DNA of 64,000 nt, from positions 75,766,001 through 75,830,000 of the forward strand of contig NC_058368.1 of NCBI RefSeq assembly GCF_018350175.1, read 5' to 3'. The number at the start of each line of letters is the position of its first letter. Position 1 is the stretch's first letter. The position numbers and the translations under genes were made by a program. Of the stretch, positions 1 to 10,967 are shown piece after piece. The stretch comes from Felis catus (Eukaryota). The notes under the pieces were generated by a model, which had not been told where the DNA came from, did not search any database, and saw nothing but the letters and a program-made list of their open reading frames with translations.

Positions 1-197
1 GGTTGAGCGTCCAACTTCAGCTCAGGTCATGATCTCACGGTTCGTGGGTTCGATCCCCGCATCGGGCTCTGTGCTGACAGCTCAGAGCCTGGAGCCTGTT
101 TCGGATTCTGTGTCTCCGTCTCTCTACCCCTCCCCCACTCACTCTCTGTCTTCCTCTGTCTCAAAAATAAATAAACATTAAAAAAAATTAAAAAAAA
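1..197 (+). mobile_element. Can-SINE (SINEC_Fc-like), cut by window start
   Basis: ggttgagcgtccaacttcagctcaggtcatgatctcacggttcgtgggttcg head, (CT)n tract, AATAAA and A-tail. Confidence 0.95.
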
Positions 198-530
198 TTC
201 TTTAGTAAGTCTTCTTGGGCAAAGACTCAAGACCAAATGGCAGACCTACCTCATGAGTCTGTTTGTATAGGATCTCAACATGCAAACGGAGTTTATTTAA
301 ATAGAAATGAAGAAGTGCTATTACTCTATTTCTTTAATGCTTTAGCTGTACACATTACATTGTTTCTTATCTGCTACAGCCCATGTACAGTTATCCACTC
401 TACAAGGCTGTGGGTAGTTGAACAGATGGTGTAAGGTCAGACTGTAAGATCAGAGGGCTGGATTATTTTCCTCTGGAAGCATTGAGTGACGTGTGAGAAA
501 AGCAGAGAAGAAACAATCAGAGAGAAAAAA

Positions 531-560
531 TATCTATCTATCTATCTATCTATCTATCTT
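531..560. repeat. (TATC)n microsatellite
   Basis: Direct reading. Confidence 0.9.
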
Positions 561-729
561 CTATCAATCATCTCAGAAAAATATGATCTCAAGAAGACCA
601 AGAGAATTCAAAAGCTTAGAAAGATCATAACTTGAAGAAGGGGACTTACCCAATAATGTCAAATAAAGGAAACCTTTAAATGGTTTAAGAAGAGACAATG
701 TTTAAAAGATTAAATATAGTAAAAAACTG

Positions 730-898
730 GTGAGGGAGCTCTGTGGGGCCTCTCTCATGAAAGCGCTAATCCCATTCATGAAGGGTTCCCCCTTGTGACC
801 TAATTACCTCCAAAGCCCCCACCTCCCAATCTCATCACCTTGGGAGTTAGAATTCTACCATATGGACTTTGGAGGGAACAAACTTTAAATCTATAGCA
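730..898 (-). mobile_element. MLT1A-like MaLR LTR fragment
   Basis: ctaatcccattcatgaaggg...taattacctccaaagcccccacctcc...ctatagca resembles the reverse complement of the MLT1A 5' end (recalled consensus). Confidence 0.8.
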
Positions 899-1551
899 CT
901 GAGATATCTGAATTAGCACTGTGCTAAATTCGAAAGGTTCTGCAAGCTGTTGCAAACAGGAATATGTGCTCGGGGAATGGTCACAACGAACGTAAGAACA
1001 CACGTCAGAGGGTCTGACTATTAAAACCTGGCAAAATACAATAGTCATTTGAAAGAGAGAGAATCAGTGGGGTTTCAAGTGGAGAAGTGAGAAGGAAGCA
1101 TGAATGAGAACATGGGCACAGAAAGTACTGGACAGAGAATACATTAAGTATGCAAATCCTAGACTTCAAGAAGCAAAAGGGATGGGATTACATGAAGGAT
1201 GAGAAGATGCATCTCTTCTTTGGAACTCTTGAAGAAGTATGCAAAAGGGTGTGGAAAGAAGTTACACAAAAGGAAAAGGTGGTGGGGAATTGGTAAACCA
1301 AACAGCAGCTGTTCTTAAGTTCATGATAAAAAGATGGAAGCAAGAAGGCAGATCAATCTGTGGTGGCAACTAACCATGAGTTCATGTAACAAGAATGCAC
1401 TTAGAACAACATCCATGCGAAATGAGTAAGAACGTGCGTAGGCTTAATGCCCTGCATGTAGCAAAAAAAAAAAAATATATTAACATTTACTAAATAAAAA
1501 ATTAAAATGAAAATGATTGCCAAATACCACTGTTGTTTTTTTTTTGTTTGT

Positions 1552-1552
<1 letters not shown>

Positions 1553-1585
<33 letters not shown>
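1553..1585. repeat. (GT)n microsatellite
   Basis: Direct reading. Confidence 0.95.
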
Positions 1586-1587
<2 letters not shown>

Positions 1588-2166
1588 CTGTCCAAAGCTT
1601 CTGTGACTGTGTCTCATTGTTTATGGGAAACTCTTCAGTATCTGCTCAGAGTCAGCTGACTACATGTTGCAAGTTCTTCCTCCACAAAATAGACATAAGA
1701 GTCTACATTTCCCAGGGTTGTTATGGGAGCTCTTTGATGTTTATAATTCCCTCTAGGATACAGAATCTAAAATCTGCTACTCACATATGAAAGAATAATC
1801 TGAAAGACCTACTTAAAGTCCATTTGCCCACAGTAAATGACAGGGATTATGTAACAGGTGGAGAAACTTAAATTCACTTATAAATACTTTTACTTTATAC
1901 ATTTCTATTTCTTAACCATAGAATCTAAGGAACAGACAGATAATATAACCAAATGCTAAGAAGATAAGTCTCCAGAACCAATGAAACTGGCAGGTTGACT
2001 CACCTGAGGTAAGTGAATGTTGGAATGTTCCATGATACCAAAAAACAAACAAACAAACAAACAAACAAACAAAAAAACATGGCATGAGACTACAAATAAA
2101 TTAATACTCCTAAATACATAAAGAGGCAACTTATGTTCATGGAAAAAAATAATTGTCAGGAAACAA

Positions 2167-2356
2167 CTTCCTCCTCCTCCTCCTCCTCCTCCTTCTTTTC
2201 TTCTTCTTCTTCTTCTTCTTCTTCTTCTTCTTCTTCTTCTTCTTCTTCTTCCCTTTCTCTTTCTTCTCCTTCTCCTTCTCCCCCTTCCCCTCCCCTTCCC
2301 CTCCACCTCCCCCAACCCTCCCCCTCCTTCTTCTTCTTCTTCTTCTTCCTCTTCCT
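2167..2356. repeat. Compound (CCT)n/(TTC)n polypyrimidine tract
   Basis: ~190 nt almost purely C/T, including ~18 TTC units at 2198-2251. Confidence 0.95.
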
Positions 2357-2939
2357 ATAACATACTGTAAAACTAAAAGGATTAATCTATAAAGCTAAAA
2401 AAAAAAAACATAAATGTCATGATAGAACTACCTCTCTGGACCATGATATATTTTGGGTTGGGAAGTCCATCAAGAGTAAAGTTCTCTTTCTTTCAATCCT
2501 GCCTCTAGAGAGAAGGAATATAAGCTTTTGCTGCTTTGAAAATCAAATTCTTATCAATAAAACCATGATTTACATTAGTTTACTGCGATTCATCTTGTCA
2601 GTCCCATAAAGCTGTTGTCAACCCTTGCTGGAGTGATCCCTTGTAAGTGAGGGAAACTGCTTAAAATACCTGCCATATTCCAGCACTGTATCAGGAGCTA
2701 TGAATTAGATATGCCACAGAGGAGAGAGAAGAATGTTCCTAGCGTGCCTCAAGCAATGGAGAAGTGGAAAGGATCCCTGCCTCTATAACTGCATGGCAGC
2801 AAAGAAGGGAAAAACAATTGAGGTGCTATTACTGCAGAATCTTCCACTTAAATGTATGCTATCTTGCATTTTTCATGGCTATTTCAAGTGATTAAGTATT
2901 GCTTCCCCAATTTTAAGATCTTTGTGTACCTGAAGTCAG

Positions 2940-3140
2940 AAACCTAAACGAAAATTCAGCTTCTGCCTCTTTCTAACCTGTGAGTTTGGATACTCTACGT
3001 CTTGCAGCTTCACTCTGCTCCCGTATACAGCGAGCTGGCATTTGATTCTCCAGGTGGTGATGAGTACATTCCACAGGACAACCTGGGAAACATGGGAAAC
3101 ATGCATAGCCATAACAAGTGCTCAGCATCTGTTTAATTTG
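2940..3140 (+). mobile_element. MIR-like ancient SINE remnant
   Basis: Degenerate MIR core-like sequence (ttcagcttctgcctctttctaacctgtgagtttgg...aagtgctcagca). Confidence 0.5.
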
Positions 3141-3319
3141 TGGCAGTTTAAAGGAAATGGGGACCTGTGGTCAGTTGCAATTCAAAGCATTTTAGAAACC
3201 AGGAAGGTAGAAATAAATAAATACCCAAGTCATGCAGCCAATACAAAAGTAGGTACACAATAATTGGCCCAATAACTTTTTGCCAACTCATAAAAAAAGT
3301 ATTGACGTCCAATAGTCTG

Positions 3320-4120
3320 ACAGGTAGAGCTTCGAAGTCATCACTCTGATACACAGAATAAGAAGAAGCTGAACAAAGTGAAAATCAACATCTTTTCTTG
3401 GGCCCTCAAGAGACGTGAAGTCGCAGGCAAACTACCACCCTGAAATCTGACAGGTGAGGTCAACTTACCTGAGCAGAAGCTGCCGGAGACATAACCCAGA
3501 AGGAAGATTTACATGGCAATGCTGATGAACTATGGTAGCACCAAAATGAGATGCTCTCAGGACTGAGTGCTAGGTCAGCACTCTACATTTTCATGGGTTT
3601 TCCTGAAGAATCCTGCCAGGCTCTTCTAGTGAGGAACCGAGAAAAATCTCCTTTTGGCTTTGACCCGGGGGTGGGGTGGGGTGGGGTGGGGTGGAGAGTA
3701 GCCCTTGTGAAATATGCTCAAAGAGTTTTCCAAAACTAAGGTCTAACTGCAGGGAAAGACTTTACCCGAGCCTGGTGGAGGGTTGGGGGAGGTTAGTGAC
3801 CTCCCTGTAGGCTCACTAGCCTTCCTGTCTCAACTAAGGGAGGGGTGGGAAAGTTAAACAGCTAAACACAACGCTTTGAAGGTCAGGTCTCAGGAACACA
3901 AGCTCACAAACAGATTGAGTTTCTTGAACAATTGGCTCTCCACACTTTAGCACCACATCAGGAGTGTATGTGCAGCTAAAAGTAATGCAAGACACAGATG
4001 CTCTCTGACCAGGAGGATGTGGGGAAGCCCAAAGGCAACAGGGGAAACCAAAACAAAGACACTGGAGGGATCTGAAGACTGGCAACCTAGAGCTATAGCA
4101 CAGATCCTGTGAAAAACCTC
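3320..4120 (+). mobile_element. Old L1M 5'-region fragment (tentative)
   Basis: aaaatcaacatcttttcttgggccctcaagagacgtgaagtcgcaggcaaactaccaccctgaaatctg resembles L1M 5' UTR sequence as recalled. Confidence 0.4.
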
Positions 4121-4239
4121 ACCATATAGCGGTTTAAGAAGTCAAGTATGGCTGAAAAACGTAGTCCTAAATTTGTTAACAGAAGAATAGAGGGCACTCG
4201 GAATCACAACTGTGTTGTTGGAACTCCATGTGGCGCCTT

Positions 4240-4720
4240 CTCAAAAAATCTAAGGAGGGTGGTGACACGATCACATTCACCTTTTAGAATATTTCTATGG
4301 CAGCTCTTTGGGAAATGAATTGGGAGTTGTTAAGACTGTGAGAGGCTGGGTGACCTGATGAGGAAAGATAAATGCCCCAATGGGGCCAGTGGTGACCTGG
4401 GTGGGTGGACAGGCAGAGCACCAAGCCACAGTGTCAGCAAGTAAAGAAGTCTATGAATGAGGTTAGGGTAGTCGGGAAACGCAACATCAATCTTAGGGAT
4501 TCCGGTCTGGGCTACCATATGAATGATGATACCAGTGTGCAGAGAAGGAAATTTAAAAAGAGCAACTGAGTTAGAAGAAAAGATGGTGGTTTCGATTTTG
4601 GACCTAGAGAGTTCAGGCAACTTCTGAGATAATTCCGTGGAGATGCCCAGGAGGCAGCTGAAGACATGTGTCCAGAGTCCTGAATGTTCAGCGACGGCCA
4701 AATGGAACACCGATGATAAC
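4240..4720 (-). mobile_element. L2 fragment
   Basis: ttttggacctagagagttcaggcaacttctgagataattccgtggagatgcccaggaggcagctg is a typical antisense L2 signature. Confidence 0.6.
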
Positions 4721-5270
4721 AAAACCACTCAAGATGATAAAAATGCTCAAGAAAATTGTGTAGAATTATATACTGGCCTATAATTGTTGGACACAGTAAG
4801 TCAGAAGGAGAATTTAGAAAGAGTGTCCTGCACAGAAGGCAAGTAAGCAAATGCAATCACAGAGAAGCTTGGAAAACAGAAGAATTTTATGTATGGAATC
4901 TCAGAGTTTGTAAAGACTCCAAGGATCTAAGGGAAAAAAAAGGATTATCTTAGCAAAGTTTGAGAGTACTTCACTACTCACTTTCTATTTTTGCTAAAAA
5001 GATAATGAAAACTAAAAGGGCTTCTTCCATCATGTCGCTAATATACCATCCTTCTCGAATATGTTACAATTTCACAAACTAGTGAATGCCAAAAACATAA
5101 TGCTGGCACACTCCACTCTTGGATACCGTCCCTTCTTCAGTGACAATACAAATTTTCCCATCAAAATGCTTTGATTCAATATTCAGAAGTACATCTACAA
5201 AGGTGCAAAAGATCGTTTTAATCGTAAACTCATGTAAAGCCAATCACGGGTAAAAACAGATGAGACTTAC

Positions 5271-5431
5271 GAGAAAGCCAGTTGGATTCTTTTGCTGTTA
5301 GAGGGGCGAGTGGTAAGAGATCGCTTGTTCCAAAGATGGAGGCGGCCATCCCACTGCACCTGCTCTTGTACAATGTGACTTTGACACTCCATGTCCTCCT
5401 CCCCTGGAATCTGGGAGGGCCTGCGGATGGC
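5271..5431 (-). other. Putative 161-nt internal exon of an unidentified minus-strand transcript
   Basis: Minus strand: cttctgttgtgttgtccccgttacag| acceptor and CTC|GTAAGT donor; two frames open; protein not recognised. Confidence 0.45.
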
Positions 5432-6130
5432 CTGTAACGGGGACAACACAACAGAAGTGGCTCTGTGTGATTCACGGAGCTGGGTGACACCAAGTGATGC
5501 AGCTCTCACCCAGTTCACTGGACTACTTGTTTCTAGCATTCGGAGCAAGAAATCTGGATTCCCTGAGGTCACTATGCTCTAAGGAAGCCAAGCTGCTTGA
5601 AGAGGCAACATGAGGGAGTTTTGTTCAATAATCCTAGTCTTGGCACTGACGAAGTCCAGCACTGACGAAGGACATGTGAGTGAACAAGCTTCTGGGAGAT
5701 TCCAAAATCCCAAATTCCCAGCAGTGCAGGATTCCAGCTGAGCCCCAGGTGTGATGTAGGGACCAGTAATCACCACTATCATTTCCTAATTCCTCACCCT
5801 CGGGATCAGGGTGCTGGCTGTTCACTTCATTGCCTCTCAGTTACAAATAAACCCTTTTCCCCTGCTCTCTGGTAACGGGGATAGGTTCTCTCCACGCTCA
5901 CCAACTAGATGCTCAATTTGGCTTAAGTCCTATGAGTCTTTGCACTAAAAATCTCTTCCTGGAACCTGAGTTCTGATATTCCATCGTACCTTGTACATGC
6001 TCTACGCTAACACTCACCACACTGCATTTAAACTTTATTTTTCCTTCTGACTGCCTAGATACAACTCCAGGATTAACACAGCATCTGATACCTCGTTTAA
6101 TACATTTTTTTGGAAAAAGAATGAATGAAT

Positions 6131-6360
6131 GGGGCACCTGGGTGGCTCAGTCAGTTGGGCATTCGACTTCGGCTCATGATCTCATGGCTCATGATCTCAT
6201 GGCTCGTAAGTTCGAGCCCCGCGTCGGGCTCTGGGCTGACAGCTCCGAGCCTGGAGCCCGCTTCGGACGGTCTCCCCCTCTCTCTGCCCCTCCCCCACTC
6301 ATGCTCTGTCTCTTTCTCCTTCAAAAATAAATAAACATTAAAAACTTACAAAAAAAAAAA
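6131..6360 (+). mobile_element. Can-SINE with internal 15-bp duplication
   Basis: ggggcacctgggtggctcag head; ggctcatgatctcat twice; TSD aaaaagaatgaatgaat. Confidence 0.95.
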
Positions 6361-8142
6361 GAATGAATGAATGGACAAATGAATGAAAGAAGAACGTTTA
6401 TGTAGCTCACATGGCTGGGGTTTGCACAGCCAAACCAATGAGCCCTAAGGACAGTTCCGGTTTAAGAAGAACATAAGGTTGCCACTATATTGTCAGATAA
6501 AGTGTTTCAAGTATTTCCTACAGTGGGTGAACATAGCACATGTGGAATCTGAAAATAAATAAAGTACTCACCATCTAAACATGGAGTATCTGTTTTGTTT
6601 ATATGTATCATATGACTGAGCTAGTATGCAAATTCAACTTCCGATCATGATATCTTCATAGGAAAAAAATATCAAAAAACAAGACACCCCTAAATTAGCA
6701 GTTCTCTAAAAATTATTCAGTAAATGTTACGGGAATGATCTGTTCCATGTTAATTATAAATTTAAAAAATGTAAAGTATAAGCTCTTTGTATAGTTGATA
6801 TCAACACATGTCTTAAGAGAACTTTTTGGGAGATACGAAATCGATAAAGTCTCAGTATGTTAGAGCAAAAATGCTAGAAATCAAGTGCCTTTCCTTTCTT
6901 TCCTTTTCTTTTGGTTATCACTCTGGTGTATGCAAGATGGCCAGGTGAAAAGGAAAGATAACTTGCTCATTTTTCAGTCATTAAAAACCAGATTAGACCT
7001 CTAATTCTTCAACAACGTAGTCATGTGGCATCAGAAGTCACAGTTAACCATTTGGGCTTTTTTGTTTCCTCCTGTGACAGCCGGGTGTAATAACCCTGCC
7101 TGTAGGGGGTTGTTCTGAGATGTCAGGAGACACGGCAGGCCATGAGGACGGACCGTGCCTGGTGTGGAGGAGACTCTCCTGAAATCAAAGAATTAGTACG
7201 GGGCTGAGGGGTAACGAGGTGCATAGATCTTGAAGTGAACCTCTAATGCCACTGGGGAAATGAATAACGGGATTTATCCTGCTCGCCTCATAAATTTGAT
7301 TAATACAATGATTAACTAAATACTATATACTCTGAAGATTAAAAATAGAAGCTGGTCGGCTGATACACAATTCTATTATTTCACAATAAAAGGACACTTA
7401 GGCTCAGAGGCTTGCATTGAGTTTCTCCCCTAAATAAATATTATTCATCACAGTAAACTAATATTAAAGATCACACAAATAATGCCAGTTTGAAAGGGCC
7501 TGTGAGGCACCACCCTAAATCACTCTGAGGTCTTAACGAAGGTTTTACCGTCACAACCTTGGCTTTCTCTCTCCACCAGGTTTGCCTGATAGTGGATTCA
7601 TCCTCTGCCCAAAAGTCATTTCTTAATTTCAGCATAATTTGCCATCTGGAGAGGCGAGGAATGAGGAACGGTTTTATTTCCCAACCCAGCAAGCCCTGGC
7701 AACTTCACATTTACCAGTTCTTTCTCCAGATACCTCTCTCCTCCAACATTTATCAAAGGACGTGACATGAAGCCAAGTGGCTCGCAGATCACTGTCCTGC
7801 CTGAAAATCTCTTCCCTAGATCATAAGCTTCACTAAGACATTAAAAAAAAAAATTTGTTTTGTTACTCTAGGCAGGGTGTGGCAAAACTTTCTGAAACTA
7901 CATAACAAGGGTTTCTTTTCCGTTAGCTTTTTAATATCACTTTTCTGCTTTTCCTTCAAAGTCTGTCCCAAAAGCCTCCTTGAGACCCACCAGGCTTATG
8001 CTCACACCCTTTCCAAGACTCCCTCGTTAAACAGTGTCCCTAACACTCTCCTTGTTTCTGTCCGCCCGTCTAGTCCCGGAGCTAATGCCCCATGTTTGGG
8101 TCGTTAGAATAGCAACCAAGAACTTGCTTCTTGGTACCAAAC

Positions 8143-9070
8143 TATGTTTCAATACACTTTAAGCCAGTGGCTTTGAACATCAACAATCGCTTTATTGCTT
8201 TAATTAATTAATTAATTAATTTATTGCAGTAATCTGCTACGTGGGCCAGACTCGGAGAAGACACCTCGTGTCTGCCCGTGACGAATCAGGAGGAGAAGCT
8301 GGGACAGTTGGACCCGAGGGACCGGATTCATCAAAGTGTTGCTCATCCCTGCCTGACAACTGATGCTGACTGTCGGCTGGAGCTTCAGATGGGGCTCTGT
8401 ATCGGTCAGCACGGCCTGCTATAACAAAATACCGCGGCTGTTTAACTTAAACAAGAGACTTTTACTCGTCGCAGTTCTGCATGCTGCAAAGTTTGAGATC
8501 AAGGTGCCAGCGGTTTTGGCATCTGGTGGGAGTCCTCTCCCTGGCTTTCATTTAGCTGCCTTCTCACTATGCTCCCTCGTGGCAGAGAGGGGAAGCTCTG
8601 GCGTCTGTCCCTCTTTTTACAAGGATCCTAATCCCATCATGGAGGTCCCCCATCATGACCTCGGCTAAATCTAACTTCCAGAGTCTTACCTCCAAGTGCC
8701 GCCATATTGAAGATTAGGGCTTCAACATATCGATTTGGGAAGACACAATCATTCAGTCCACCAAGGCTGTCACCTAGAACACTCGTGTGTGTTCTCCAAG
8801 TTGCTTGGTTTTCCTTCAGCATGATGACTGGCTTCTAAAAATGAGACTCTTGGGCGAGCACAGCAGAATGGCTTGACCTCGCTCTGCTCTGACTGACTCT
8901 GCATCACTTTCGCCAAGCTCTCTCATCTGGGGCACCCTAAATTCTACTCAGGTTCAGAGGGATAGAATACTCACTCAAAGGGAGTAGGTCAACACCACAC
9001 AGTAAGAAGAGAGTGCTGAATGGGGTCCTTTGTAGTATCAGCTTCAGAAAGGACAATCTACGACAATCTC
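8143..9070 (-). mobile_element. Older MLT1 (H/F/K-like) LTR interrupted by a younger MLT1
   Basis: ccagtggctttgaacatcaacaa...gctgactgtcggctggagcttcagatggggctc resumes at ggctgtcacctagaacac after 8764. Confidence 0.6.
8398..8764 (-). mobile_element. MLT1A/B-like solo LTR
   Basis: tgtatcggtcagc...tgctataacaaaatacc...gagatcaaggtgccagc...cattcagtcca; degenerate TSD ggctc/ggctg. Confidence 0.85.
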
Positions 9071-9144
9071 AGTTTCTGAGATCTCCTTTTCCCTCTAGTG
9101 AGAAATGATGAACCCCCGCACAGCCCGAGCATTCCTTTAAGTTC

Positions 9145-9333
9145 TTTAAATGTTTATTTGTGTTTGGGGATGGGGATGGGGACGGGCAGAGAGAGACACA
9201 CACACTGAAACCGAAGCAGGCTCCAGGCTCTGAGCTATCAGCACAGAGCCTGGTACAGGACTTGAACTCACGAACTGTGACATCATGACCTGTGAAGTCA
9301 GATGCTTAACAGAGGGAGCCACCCAGGCACCCC
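9145..9333 (-). mobile_element. Can-SINE
   Basis: Ends gagccacccaggcacccc; T-rich tail on the left. Confidence 0.9.
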
Positions 9334-9499
9334 AGCCTGGGAATTTCTAAGAAAAGAACTCCCTCCTACCAATATAAAAACACCATCTCCATAACGGAGA
9401 GCTTTAATTTATCTCAAAAGATAAAGAAATGTAGAAAGAAAATACCAAGGAAGTGGCAACACGTGTCTTATGGGATTTTGGAATCGCTATGGACAAGAG

Positions 9500-10385
9500 C
9501 CACCACATGCCTCCTATGCTTCCCCTTCCAGAGCAGGAGTATTGAAAGTCCTTATTCTGTGCCCAAGTCACCACTGAATATTCGATGTGCAGTGGGGGAG
9601 CTGAGTAGGTAAGTCGTCTCTTTAGGGCACAGCTTTTCCGATGGAAAGGACATCCCTGAAGAGCGGTGTGAAGGAATTGTACTTCAGGAGCATCGTCTAC
9701 ACCTGAAGACGACCCAAATGATGCGGCAGAAGAGCTCCAAGCGGTATCACGAGGGCAGGAGCCTGAGTGTTCTTGGAGGAGGGTTCCGAGGTATTTTGCA
9801 TGTGAGAAAGAAATGGGGAGCTGTGGTCCTCAGACAGGCTGTGGCCAATTGTATTTCTCAAAAAGGTCCTCCACAGGCGATCTCACCTTGCGTGCTTTTC
9901 CTCACACGTGAAGTGGCATCCCGCCCATCAAGTGGTGGACTCTCTGTCCCTTTCCCCCTGGACCTGGGTGGAACTCTGCGAGTGGGGCGGGAGGGACGCT
10001 AGTGACTTCCAAGGCCCGGACCCAGGCAAGTCGTACTCCTTCTCTTCATCTCTTTGAGATACTCGAAACCTGGCAGACATGCCCTCAACAAGCCAAGGAG
10101 TCACGTGGTAAGAACACGTGCAGGTGTTCCGACAGGCCCAGCTGTAATCCCAGCTGATATCCAGCCTCCACTGTCAGGCCAAGTGATCCCTACACTGATT
10201 CCAGTCCCAGCTGTCCAAGAACCCGGCCTTCGGGGCCAGCCCCGCGGATGCCACGTGGGGAAGGGCTGAGCTGTTTTGCATGGAGGCCTGACCACACTGC
10301 AGATCCGCAGGCAAACCAACCCCTGTCGCTTTCACACTCTTGAGCTTTGTGGTGTCCTGTCAGGCTGCACCAGACAAACGGAACA
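9500..10385 (+). mobile_element. MLT1 internal 3' fragment plus MLT1H-like LTR (LTR ~9840-10385)
   Basis: gtattttgcatgtgagaaagaaatgggg (PPT-like) then tgtggccaattgtatttctcaaaaagg...gacaaacggaaca. Confidence 0.65.
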
Positions 10386-10924
10386 GGAAATGTCAGCTAA
10401 AAGGAGATACCCCTGTTGGTTTTTAACTGAGAGGCTTCCCTGCATCCGCCCATTGACCTGGAATTCGTTAATTACTATTGCTGTTATCTGGTGCATCGTG
10501 ATGAAGCAAACTATTGTTTCACAGTCTCAAGTGGCAGGATTACCCTCTTCAACGTAAAAGCAATTCATTTAAGAAGAAATAAAAATGGTGTGTGGGCGCG
10601 GGGTGGTGGGGAGGAGGGGCGGCACACACGAACCCATTGGTTCATTCTGCCTCATCTAGAAAGCTTCTTCCATCAAGGCAGACCCCGAATCCACACACAC
10701 ACACGCATAACGTGATCCTCGAGCACAGATCGCCAACTCAGATCCGTCCTATTGGCCTTATTACGCAATCATACGAACAACGTCGTTGGGAAATGATTGC
10801 GCTATAGGTCAGGTCTTCCTTGGCCCCAATCTTCAATACAAAATTTATCTTAGAAGACTTTTTGTAGGGTTAGCTTTACATCATTTTTCCCTGAGAGAAT
10901 TAATGTCAGATATTCATATATATT

Positions 10925-10925
<1 letters not shown>

Positions 10926-10963
<38 letters not shown>
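10926..10963. repeat. (TA)n microsatellite
   Basis: Direct reading. Confidence 0.95.

Positions 10964-10967
<4 letters not shown>

Noticed and set aside
1956..2392. Arg-, Ser- or Phe-rich ORFs
   Set aside because: Translations of the (CCT)/(TTC) microsatellite.
3463..3485. Second minus-strand CAG|GTAAGT recursive-site candidate
   Set aside because: Short pyrimidine tract with an upstream AG, and it lies in probable L1-derived sequence.
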